NCBI GenBank assembly: GCA_964387355.1 | Contig: CAYLWJ010000104.1 | Coordinates: 1-63,184 of the forward strand | From: an uncultured Actinomycetota bacterium | GTDB lineage: Bacteria > Actinomycetota > Humimicrobiia > Humimicrobiales > Humimicrobiaceae | DNA length: 63,184 nucleotides | Direction of reading: 5' to 3' | In this document: in pieces, positions 54,712-63,136 of the stretch | How the letters are laid out: the number at the start of each line of letters is the position of its first letter | Numbering within the stretch: the first letter of the stretch is position 1 | Program-made: the position numbers and the translations under genes | The notes under the pieces: generated by a model | The model's database searches: none | Told to the model about the DNA's origin: nothing | The model's input: only the letters and a program-made list of their open reading frames with translations

Positions 54712-55440
54712 ATGGAGTATAAAGAAAAAAATAATAACATAACCAAGAATACAAAAAATTTGAATATTAAATTTATTGTCTGTGATGTAATTTTAGATGA
54801 AATAAAAGATAGACTTCCAAAAGAATGGACTGTTGTCTCTTTAGAAAAAAAACTACATGAAAAGAGTGATAATCTTCGTCAAGTTTTACAGGAAGAAATT
54901 AATAAGTCTCAAGATTTTGGCTTAATAATTCTTGGTTATGGTTTATGTGGTAAATCTGTCGTAGGTTTGATTTCCGAAAAAGTTCCAATAGTATTGTTTA
55001 AATGCGATGATTGTATTTCGGTATTATTAGGTTCTACCAAGGAATACAAAAAGCAAATATCGAAATGTCCTGGCACTTATTATTTAACAAGGGGCTATAT
55101 AGGGGATAATGATAATGCATTTTTGTCAAATTATGAGGAGCTTTCAAAAAAATATGATAGCCAGACACTGCAGTGGGTTATAAAAGAAATGTTAAAAAAT
55201 TACAAAAGACTTGTTTTTATAAATACAGGTAATTATGATCCTGCAAAGTATAGAGAGTTTGCAATAAATGAAGCTGAAAAATTAGGGCTTGAATTTGAAG
55301 AATTAAAAGGGACTGATGAGTATTTTCAAAAATTACTTGGTAAAAAATGGGATAATGAATTTTTAATAGTGGAACCTGGCAAAGAAATAAAAATGGAAAT
55401 GTTTTTAAATCAATCTTTTAGTGAAAGTATAAATAAATAA
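54712..55440 (+). CDS. DUF1638-like protein
   Basis: 242 aa. The 'FIVCDVILDEI', 'ILGYGLCG' and 'FKCDDCISVLLGS' pattern is as I recall it for DUF1638. The family call is from memory only. Confidence 0.5.
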   Translation: MEYKEKNNNITKNTKNLNIKFIVCDVILDEIKDRLPKEWTVVSLEKKLHEKSDNLRQVLQEEINKSQDFGLIILGYGLCGKSVVGLISEKVPIVLFKCDDCISVLLGSTKEYKKQISKCPGTYYLTRGYIGDNDNAFLSNYEELSKKYDSQTLQWVIKEMLKNYKRLVFINTGNYDPAKYREFAINEAEKLGLEFEELKGTDEYFQKLLGKKWDNEFLIVEPGKEIKMEMFLNQSFSESINK

Positions 55441-55454
55441 GATCATACTGATAT

Positions 55455-55682
55455 AAGACACAAAAACAAGATACAAAAACAAGACACAAAAATAAGAGAC
55501 AGAAATAAGAGACAGAAATAAAATAATATATAGAATTTGAAAAAGAGAAATAATATATAGAAATAGAAAAAGGAAACAGAAATAGAAAAAAGGATACAGA
55601 ATAAAAAAAAGAATATAGAAATAAAAAAAGGAAGATAGAATAGAAAAAGAGGGAAAAGAAAAAATAGAAAGAAAAGAATATA
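55455..55682 (+). repeat. polypurine-rich repeat tract (5 x 13-nt tandem units followed by degenerate A/G-rich repeats)
   Basis: aagacacaaaaac / aagatacaaaaac / aagacacaaaaat / aagagacagaaat / aagagacagaaat (55455-55519), then ~165 nt of A/G/T. I count only two C between 55514 and 55692. AGGA/GGGA motifs occur at 55571, 55591, 55629 and 55651. Confidence 0.85.
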
Positions 55683-56272
55683 AATGTTTAGCAGTTTATG
55701 GAAGTCCCAGAAGAAATGGAAATACAGATACTTTACTTAACACTTTAATTGAAGGACTTTTGCAAAACAAGGAAATTTCCAGTCAGTTTAATCTGTCTAT
55801 TAAAAAAATTATAGTTTCGCAATTAAATATTTTGCCGTGCAAAGAATGCAGACATTGTTCTATTGATGGAATTTGTGTTGTAAATGATAATATGCAGCAG
55901 GTTTATCCTGAAATTATAGATGCTGATTTAATAGTAATAGCAAGTCCTATTTTTTTTACGACAATTTCTGGGTACTTAAAAGCATTTATAGACAGGCTTC
56001 AAAGATTCTGGGCTTTAAAATATGAATTAAAGAAAAATATTTTTAATATTAAAAATAAAAAAGGCATTTTTTTAAGTTGTGCAGGCTCAGATAGAATAGA
56101 TATTTTTGACTGTGCAAAAAAGGTAATAAGAGCTAGTTTTGATGTTATTTATACTTCTTATTATAAAGATTTTTGCTTTAATAAGATAGATTTAAAAGAT
56201 GACATTAAAAAAGATAGCTCAATTTTAAATGCAGTTTTTAATTATGCTAAAAATACGAATTTTACAAAGTAA
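55682..56272 (+). CDS. iron-sulfur flavoprotein / NADPH-dependent FMN reductase family protein (start region anomalous)
   Basis: The family N-terminal FMN loop 'LAVYGSPRRNGNTDTLL' is encoded in frame upstream of the tracker's TTG (55760). The compact Cys motif 'CKECRHCSIDGIC' (CX2CX2CX5C) and 'ASPIFFTTISGYLKAFIDR' are present. The only nearby ATG (55684) is offset by one base. Confidence 0.7.
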   Translation, partial: KCLAVYGSPRRNGNTDTLLNTLIEGLLQNKEISSQFNLSIKKIIVSQLNILPCKECRHCSIDGICVVNDNMQQVYPEIIDADLIVIASPIFFTTISGYLKAFIDRLQRFWALKYELKKNIFNIKNKKGIFLSCAGSDRIDIFDCAKKVIRASFDVIYTSYYKDFCFNKIDLKDDIKKDSSILNAVFNYAKNTNFTK

Positions 56273-56323
56273 TTAATTAAAAGTCAGGTAAAAATTAAAA
56301 AATTATAGGAGTTAAATTTAAAT

Positions 56324-56923
56324 ATGAAAAAAGTAAAAATAGCTAAGACAGTTTTTTTTAGTATTATTTTTATATCTTTTATTTTTTTTATAGTTTTATT
56401 TAACTTAACTGGTTGCCAAGTTTTACAAGGTGTAAATAATAAAAGTATCGACAATACAGGTGCCACTAACGAAAGTGCTGGTAATCAGTTAAGTTCAAGC
56501 TTTAAATCAATTGCTCTTCCCCAAGAACTAGATTTTACATTAAAAACTTTGGAAGGTGATGAAATAACGCTATCTGGTTTAAAAGGAAAAGTTGTTGTAC
56601 TGAATTTTTGGGCTACATGGTGTCCGCCTTGTAAAGCAGAAATCCCAGATTTTATTGAAGTTTACTCTCAATATAAAGACAAAGGTGTAGAATTTTTAGG
56701 AGTTAGCTCAGAGCAGCCTAGCATAGTTAGTGATTTTGCTAAAAATTCTGGTATTAATTACCCTATTTTAATTGATCAGTCAGGAAAAGTCTTTAGTTCC
56801 TGGGGAATTAATTCCATACCAACTACTTTTATAATTGACAGTGAAAGTAATATTGTCTATGGACAAGTTGGTATGATGGCTAAAGAAAAGTTAACCATAG
56901 CCATTGAACAAGTTTTAAAATAA
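56324..56923 (+). CDS. TlpA/ResA-family thiol-disulfide oxidoreductase, lipoprotein
   Basis: Lipobox 'LTGC' after the signal helix. Thioredoxin motif 'WATWCPPCKAE' and 'GINSIPTTFIID'. Confidence 0.85.
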   Translation: MKKVKIAKTVFFSIIFISFIFFIVLFNLTGCQVLQGVNNKSIDNTGATNESAGNQLSSSFKSIALPQELDFTLKTLEGDEITLSGLKGKVVVLNFWATWCPPCKAEIPDFIEVYSQYKDKGVEFLGVSSEQPSIVSDFAKNSGINYPILIDQSGKVFSSWGINSIPTTFIIDSESNIVYGQVGMMAKEKLTIAIEQVLK

Positions 56924-56986
56924 TCAACTTTAATATTATAAAATATTATAAAATTATAAAAAATTATAAAAATTAATAAAATAAAA

Positions 56987-57721
56987 ATGTTTGAGATATC
57001 AGTATTATCCTCTTTTTTAGCTGGAATATTATCTTTCATGTCGCCTTGCGTTTTGCCTTTAGTCCCTGTTTATTTAGGAATAATGTCAAGAAATGCAATA
57101 TACAAAAGCGAAAAAATAAAATTATCTACTAAACTTTATACTTTTTTAAATAGTCTTTTATTTGTTTTAGGATTTTCAATTATATTCATTATTCTTGGGT
57201 CAACTGCAACTTTAATTGGTCAGCTTTTAAAAAACTATCTTTCAATTATAAGCCGTATTGGTGGGGCAATTTTAATTATTTTTGGACTAAATTATATAGG
57301 AATTTTTAAAATAAAGTTTTTAAATTTAGAAAAAAGGCTAAAAATGCCTGAAGGACTAAAGACTGGTTACTTATGGTCTTTTTTATTTGGTGTTATTTTT
57401 TCATTTGGCTGGGTTCCATGTGTTGGAATGATTTTATCTGGAATTTTACTATTGGCCAGCAATATGGATACACTAAAACAAGGGATAGCCCTTTTGGTGG
57501 TTTTTTCAATTGGTTTAGGGCTTCCTTTTATTGCTTCTAGCATATTTATTGGTTTTTTTTCAAATATTTTAAAAAAAATAAATAAGCATTTGAATTTAAT
57601 TTCAATCCTATCAGGTATTTTTTTAATTATACTTGGTTTAATTTTTTTAACAGATTCGATGATTAAAATTATGGGCTTTTTAACTGCTAAAATTCCTTTT
57701 TTATCTAAGTTTAACTTTTAA
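56987..57721 (+). CDS. ccdA: cytochrome c biogenesis / thiol-disulfide transporter CcdA (DsbD core family)
   Basis: 'FMSPCVLPLVPVYL' and 'FGWVPCVGMIL' are the two conserved Cys-containing TM motifs. 244 aa. Confidence 0.85.
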   Translation: MFEISVLSSFLAGILSFMSPCVLPLVPVYLGIMSRNAIYKSEKIKLSTKLYTFLNSLLFVLGFSIIFIILGSTATLIGQLLKNYLSIISRIGGAILIIFGLNYIGIFKIKFLNLEKRLKMPEGLKTGYLWSFLFGVIFSFGWVPCVGMILSGILLLASNMDTLKQGIALLVVFSIGLGLPFIASSIFIGFFSNILKKINKHLNLISILSGIFLIILGLIFLTDSMIKIMGFLTAKIPFLSKFNF

Positions 57722-57740
57722 CTTTTAACTTTTAACTTTT
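57713..57740 (+). repeat. heptanucleotide microsatellite (aactttt) x4 spanning the ccdA stop codon
   Basis: Four perfect units at 57713-57740, preceded by the related aagttt. The ccdA TAA (57719-57721) lies inside the repeat. Confidence 0.8.
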
Positions 57741-57903
57741 AGGTCAAATAAAATAATTTGAAATTTTAAGAATTATAAATTAACATTTCATAAATAACAT
57801 TTAAGCATTTTAACTAAATGTAGAATTTTAATAGTTATTATAGTTTTTTAAAATAATTTTTTAATAATTTATCAATATAAAAAATATAAGAATAGGGGGA
57901 AAA

Positions 57904-58722
57904 TTGTCATCAGTAGATCCAATTGCTTTTAGTTTTGGAAATTTTGAAATTAGATGGTATGGGATTTTAATTGCACTTGCACTTCTTATAGGTATTTTTG
58001 TTTCTTATTATATTGCAAAATATAGAGGACAAAAGGCAGAAGAAGTTATAAATTTTGCACCTTTTGCTGTAATTGCAGGGGTAATTGGTGCAAGGCTACT
58101 ACATGTCATTGTTAACTGGTCTTATTATAGTGGTCATTTATCTTATATATTTGCATTTAGAAGGGGAGGACTTGCAATTCAAGGAGTAATGTTAGGCGGA
58201 GTAATTGCTCTCCTAATTTTTTGCAAGGTTAGAAAGTTAAATTTTTGGTTGTGGGCTGATATTTTATCACCAGCATTAATTTTAGGTCAAGCAATTGGTC
58301 GCTGGGGTAATTTTTTTAATCAGGAAGCATTTGGCAGACCAACTTCTCTGCCCTGGGGTATATATATTGACCCTATAAATAGACCGCTTGAATATTCAAA
58401 TGCCCAATATTTTCATCCAACATTTTTTTATGAATTTTTAGCAAATTTAATGCTTTTTGGTCTTCTGTTAATGATTCACAGAATTTATAAAAGAAAGCCA
58501 GATAGTTTTCCAGATGGACTGATTTTCTGTACTTATCTTGGTGTTTATGCAGTTTATAGAAGTGTAATTGAATATTATAGAATTGATAGCAGTTATTTTT
58601 TAGGCATAAAAGTTGTATATATATTAGATGCTATAACTATAATTGCAGTTCTAATTATTGTAAATAACTTGATAAAAAGATTTAGGCTTGAGAAAATGCA
58701 GAAAAAGATGGAAGAAGAATAA
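57904..58722 (+). CDS. lgt: prolipoprotein diacylglyceryl transferase
   Basis: 'IRWYGILIALA', 'GARLLHV' and 'GRWGNFFNQEAFG' Lgt signature. TTG start with the SD aggggga. Confidence 0.9.
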   Translation: MSSVDPIAFSFGNFEIRWYGILIALALLIGIFVSYYIAKYRGQKAEEVINFAPFAVIAGVIGARLLHVIVNWSYYSGHLSYIFAFRRGGLAIQGVMLGGVIALLIFCKVRKLNFWLWADILSPALILGQAIGRWGNFFNQEAFGRPTSLPWGIYIDPINRPLEYSNAQYFHPTFFYEFLANLMLFGLLLMIHRIYKRKPDSFPDGLIFCTYLGVYAVYRSVIEYYRIDSSYFLGIKVVYILDAITIIAVLIIVNNLIKRFRLEKMQKKMEEE

Positions 58723-58724
58723 GT

Positions 58725-59093
58725 TTATTTTATTAAATGGCAAATCCCAGCGACTGCTTTTAAGCTTAATACAAATATTATTCCTGTTCCTGGTTCATTT
58801 AATTTGCCAGCTTTTATAATTGAATTCATTACCTTATTTGTTATATTTTCATCAACAATTGTTAGAACAATTTCTTTTTCAGGTTCAATAGGTATACCAA
58901 ATATAGTGCTTTCTTCATGTATACCCCAGCCTCTTCCATATATTACTGTTCCTCCTTCTGCGCCAGCATTTTTTGAAGCTTTTAATATTTTCTCAGATTC
59001 ACCTTTTTTTATAATAGTTACAACTAAATCATAGTTATTTTTACAAATTTTCTCATCATAATTAATTTCATTACCTTCCATAGTTTCCTCCAA
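58725..59093 (-). CDS. P-II-like signal-transduction family protein (associated with DUF1538 genes)
   Basis: 122 aa. The 'DLVVTIIKKGESEKILKASKNAGAEGGTVIYGRGWG...EKEIVLTIVDENITNKVMNSI' pattern is a PII-like ferredoxin fold with a T-loop-like GRGWG segment. Confidence 0.65.
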   Translation of the reverse strand: MEETMEGNEINYDEKICKNNYDLVVTIIKKGESEKILKASKNAGAEGGTVIYGRGWGIHEESTIFGIPIEPEKEIVLTIVDENITNKVMNSIIKAGKLNEPGTGIIFVLSLKAVAGICHLIK

Positions 59094-59243
59094 TGTATTA
59101 GTTTTAATCTTTTGTTTATTGCTAAGTATAAAAACATCTTTTGAATATTATATGTAAACTCATCTTTTAAATAGTACAATAAAAATAAATTTTTAAATAT
59201 TTTAAGATGTTATTATATTTTATATATTATTTCTTTGCTAATT

Positions 59244-59975
59244 TTATTTTTTTCTTTGCTCCTTCAACCTATAAAATATACCAAGTACTAACACAGATAT
59301 AATGGGGGAGAGAGCTACTAATGAGACTAAGCCAAACCCATGTATTATAGGATCCCTAAATTCCAAGGAACTTGCTAATCCAATAGAAATTGACATTATA
59401 AAGGTTACAACCATAGGACCAGTGGCTACACCTCCTGAGTCAAATGCTATTGCTGTAAAATCTTTTCCAGCAAATATTGCTAAGACAAATGTAATTGCAT
59501 AGCCAGGAATTAATATCAAAGAAAGTGGCAGCCCATAAATTGTTTTTGCCATAGATATTGCAACTGATGAAGCAACTCCAAAAGCGAGTGTAAATAATAT
59601 TACTTTTTCTTTTATATAACCGCTTGAAGCATTTTCAATTTCATTACATAAAACACGTATTGCTGGCTCAGCTAAAGTTACAGCAAAACCAAGAATAAAT
59701 CCTATTAGTATTAATACCCAATTATTTGAGCTGTTCCCAAAAACTTCGCCTATATATTTTCCAGTTGGAACAAATCCAATTTTTACGCCATATAAGAATA
59801 ATGTTATACCAGAAAATGTCATAAAAAATCCTTTAATTATATTGAGAACTTCATGTTTGTTAAGTTTAAATATAAAAATTTGGTAAATAATAAATATTAT
59901 AATTAAAGGTACAAGGGCAATAAAAACTTCAAGTAAAAGTTCTAATAAATCAGTTATAAATATTATTTCACTCAT
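59244..59975 (-). CDS. DUF1538-family integral membrane protein (second copy)
   Basis: 243-aa polytopic protein. 'LAEPAIRVL' and 'AIAFDSGGVATGPMVVTFI' are paralogous to 'VAEPDVRVL' and 'AVSFDAGGVTTGPITVPII' in the upstream gene. Confidence 0.65.
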   Translation of the reverse strand: MSEIIFITDLLELLLEVFIALVPLIIIFIIYQIFIFKLNKHEVLNIIKGFFMTFSGITLFLYGVKIGFVPTGKYIGEVFGNSSNNWVLILIGFILGFAVTLAEPAIRVLCNEIENASSGYIKEKVILFTLAFGVASSVAISMAKTIYGLPLSLILIPGYAITFVLAIFAGKDFTAIAFDSGGVATGPMVVTFIMSISIGLASSLEFRDPIIHGFGLVSLVALSPIISVLVLGIFYRLKEQRKK

Positions 59976-60019
59976 TTTAAGATATAATTAAAAGAAATTG
60001 CTTAATTTAAATGACTTTT

Positions 60020-60727
60020 TTACTTTGATATTATCCCTAAAAGCATTACTGTTATAACAGGACCTATTGATGCTATACCAATTAAACCAAATCCATCTGC
60101 AAGTCTTGTTTTACCACCAAGCACAGAAACTATACCAAGGCCAAGAGACATTATAATCGGTACTGTTATTGGTCCAGTAGTAACACCTCCTGCATCAAAA
60201 GAGACAGCAATAAATTGCTTTGGTGTAAAAAAAGACAACACTAAGATAATTAAATAACCAGCAAATAAAAAATATATTATTGGAATATTTAATAATAATC
60301 TTAAAAATGAAATTAATAGAAAAACACCTATACCTATTCCTATAAAAACAATGAAGATATTTTTGTTTATTGCACCATTTGAAACTAAATCAATTTGTGA
60401 TGATAAAACTCTTACATCTGGTTCTGCAACAGTTACAGAAAAACCAAGGATAAAACCCATGACTAAAATTAAAGATATGGACTTTTTTTTAGGCAACTCT
60501 GAACCTATTTTTTCCCCAATTGGTAGCAAACTAATTTTAATACCTTTTAAAAACAATTTTAAGCCTAATAGGATCATAAAACTTGCTAACAAAAACTTTA
60601 GTAAAACTTGTGGCGGAAATTTTATAAATGTAAAGTGTAATAAAAATACTATAGCAATTATAGGACCAACTGTTTTTAATAAGTCTAAGAAAAAATCTTT
60701 AATATAATTTATTATCTTTAGCTTCAT
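60020..60727 (-). CDS. DUF1538-family integral membrane protein (first copy)
   Basis: 235-aa polytopic protein, paralogous to 59244-59975 (see the shared motifs above). Confidence 0.65.
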   Translation of the reverse strand: MKLKIINYIKDFFLDLLKTVGPIIAIVFLLHFTFIKFPPQVLLKFLLASFMILLGLKLFLKGIKISLLPIGEKIGSELPKKKSISLILVMGFILGFSVTVAEPDVRVLSSQIDLVSNGAINKNIFIVFIGIGIGVFLLISFLRLLLNIPIIYFLFAGYLIILVLSFFTPKQFIAVSFDAGGVTTGPITVPIIMSLGLGIVSVLGGKTRLADGFGLIGIASIGPVITVMLLGIISK

Positions 60728-60925
60728 TTATATTCAATTTTATATCTTTACTAGTAGTAATAAATAAATATATAAACATATTATTAAAGTCTTTTAAGTT
60801 TATTAATAATAATTAAGTTTAATTTATTAAAGTTTTTAAAAAGTTTACAATAATTTAAAAAATATATAAAATTTTTTTTTAATTAAAAGTAACTTATGTG
60901 ACATTAGTTTATAATTTTAGTATTA

Positions 60926-62518
60926 TTGAGTAATATTGATAGGATTTTTATGCTAGCGAAAAATAATATTAAGAAAGTTAATAAAATAATAAAGATAATC
61001 CGAGAAATAAATAAACAGCTGCTTTGTGCCAGAGATATTAAAAGTTTATGTAAAAATATTTGTAAAACTCTTGTTAAAATAGAGGAATACAAGCTTGTAT
61101 GGATTGGTTTAATTAAAGATTGTGATGTTAATTTAAAAAGCTTAAAAGATTTAATAGAAGAAAAAGAAATTAATGAAATAAATCTACAGGTGATTTCTGC
61201 AGTGGGTGATTTTAATAATGACTTAATTAATGAAATTATAAGTTCTGTTAAAAAATATAATTATAAAGATTTTAAAATTTCGGATTCTTTTAACCTTAAC
61301 AAGTATATTCTTATAAAAGATTTTTATAATGAAGATTTAGATATTTCATGGAAAGATAAAGCTTTAAAATCAGGCTTTCTTTCTTCAGTAATTTTACCAA
61401 TAAGGTTTTACAAACACTCTATTGGTTTATTTCAAATTTTTTCAAATGTTATAAATAATTTTAATAAAGAAGAGATAAGGTTTTTAATAGAAGTCTCTAG
61501 TGATATTAGTATTGGTATTAGAAATTTAATTAATGAGAAAAAAATAATAGAGCAAAAGAATGAGTACCAAGAGCTTTTTAATAAAATAAGCACTTGTGTG
61601 GCTATTTATGAACCAGTAGATACTGATAAAGATTTTATAATAAAAGATTTTAATAATTGTGCACAAAAAGTTGAAAAAGTAAAGAAGAAAAATATAGTAG
61701 GAAAAAGCGTTTTAGAAGTTTTTTCTGGTATAAAAACTTTTGGTTTATTTGAAGTTTTTCAAAGGGTAAGCAAAACCGGTAAACCAGAATATTTTCCTGC
61801 TAAAATTTATAAAGATAACAGAATTGAGGGTTGGAGAGAAAACTATGTTTATAGACTTCCAAATGGCGATATTGTTGCTGTATATAAAGATTTAACAAGA
61901 GAAAAAAAGTTTCAAGAGTATCTAAAAAAATCTAATTTAAAATTAAAGAAAATATTAAATAATGTAATAAACATATTAGCACTAATTGTGGAAATGAAAG
62001 ACCCTTATACATTTGGGCACCAAAAACGTGTAGCCAAATTGTCTATTGCAATTGCTAAAGAATTAAAGCTTAATTCAAAAACCATTGAGGCAATTGAGTG
62101 GTCAGCTTTAATTCATGATATTGGCAAAATATCTGTTCCTCAGTCAATAATATCTAAACCTTCCAAGCTTACAGAAATTGAATTTTCTTTAATTAAAGAA
62201 CACTGCAAATCTGCATATGAAATAATTTCTAGGGTTGATTTTGATTATCCAATAGCTAAAATAGTTTTACAGCATCATGAAAATGAGGATGGCTCTGGTT
62301 ATCCCTATGGATTAAAAAGTCATGAAATTATGATTGAGGCAAAAATACTTGGAGTGGCTGATGTTGTAGAGTCTATGGTTTCACATAGACCTTATAGACC
62401 TGCTTTAGGTATTGATTTAGCTTTAAAAGAATTAGAAAAAAATAAAGGCAAGCTCTATGATGAAAAGGTTGTTGACGCATGTTTAATATTATTTAAAGAA
62501 AAGGGCTTTTCATTTTAA
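60926..62518 (+). CDS. GAF-PAS-HD-GYP domain protein (putative c-di-GMP phosphodiesterase)
   Basis: C-terminal 'GHQKRVA...ALIHDIGKISVP...HHENEDGSGYPYGL' HD-GYP signature. Upstream are a PAS-like segment (YQELFNKISTCVAIYE...) and an N-terminal GAF-like segment. An alternative ATG start is at 60950. Confidence 0.8.
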   Translation: MSNIDRIFMLAKNNIKKVNKIIKIIREINKQLLCARDIKSLCKNICKTLVKIEEYKLVWIGLIKDCDVNLKSLKDLIEEKEINEINLQVISAVGDFNNDLINEIISSVKKYNYKDFKISDSFNLNKYILIKDFYNEDLDISWKDKALKSGFLSSVILPIRFYKHSIGLFQIFSNVINNFNKEEIRFLIEVSSDISIGIRNLINEKKIIEQKNEYQELFNKISTCVAIYEPVDTDKDFIIKDFNNCAQKVEKVKKKNIVGKSVLEVFSGIKTFGLFEVFQRVSKTGKPEYFPAKIYKDNRIEGWRENYVYRLPNGDIVAVYKDLTREKKFQEYLKKSNLKLKKILNNVINILALIVEMKDPYTFGHQKRVAKLSIAIAKELKLNSKTIEAIEWSALIHDIGKISVPQSIISKPSKLTEIEFSLIKEHCKSAYEIISRVDFDYPIAKIVLQHHENEDGSGYPYGLKSHEIMIEAKILGVADVVESMVSHRPYRPALGIDLALKELEKNKGKLYDEKVVDACLILFKEKGFSF

Positions 62519-62545
62519 TTTTGTGTTTTAACGTTTGCATTAATT

Positions 62546-63136
62546 TTACATTTTAGCATTTTTACCATATTTATCGTATATACTATATATACATCCACAG
62601 TAATTTTGCCTGTAAATATTTAATTGTTTTGAAAATTCCAAAGTTTTTTTAAAGCCATCATTTTTTTTAAAATCACTGTAAAAATAGCCAATATTATATT
62701 TATTTGCAAGGCTTTGTCCAATTTCATTTATAATTTTTGAATTTTTATGTGGACTTACTGAAAGAGTTGTATTAAAAAATTCAAAACCATTTTTTTTAGC
62801 CATCTGAGCTGTTTTTTCAAGTCTGATTTGAAAACATAAAATACATCTATTTCTGCCTTCAGGCTCATCTTTAAATTTTTCAGTTTTATTAAACCAGTTT
62901 TTAACTTCATATCTACCTGTAATTAGAGTAGTATTAAAAAAGCTTGATATTTTTTTTACTTCATCCAATCTTTTCAAATATTCTTCTTTTGGATGTATGT
63001 TGGGGTTATAATAAAAAAGTGCAATATCAAATTTTTTTTTTAAAATTGAAAAGGGATAGCCTAGACAATTTGCGCAGCAAACATGAAGCAGTAACTTTTT
63101 GATGTTTTTTAAATTATTTTCGTTTTCTTTGTTCAT
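62546..63136 (-). CDS. queH: epoxyqueuosine reductase QueH (DUF208)
   Basis: 'LLLHVCCANCLGYP', 'YYNPNIHP', 'RCILCFQIRLEKTA' and C-terminal 'QNYCGC' are QueH/DUF208 cysteine motifs. Confidence 0.8.
   Translation of the reverse strand: MNKENENNLKNIKKLLLHVCCANCLGYPFSILKKKFDIALFYYNPNIHPKEEYLKRLDEVKKISSFFNTTLITGRYEVKNWFNKTEKFKDEPEGRNRCILCFQIRLEKTAQMAKKNGFEFFNTTLSVSPHKNSKIINEIGQSLANKYNIGYFYSDFKKNDGFKKTLEFSKQLNIYRQNYCGCIYSIYDKYGKNAKM

Noticed and set aside
55455-55519. Tandem 13-nt repeats, and the 50951-51035 palindrome array, considered as CRISPR-like arrays
   Set aside because: The units are far too short (13 nt and about 24 nt) and have no unique spacers between them. No cas genes are in the window.
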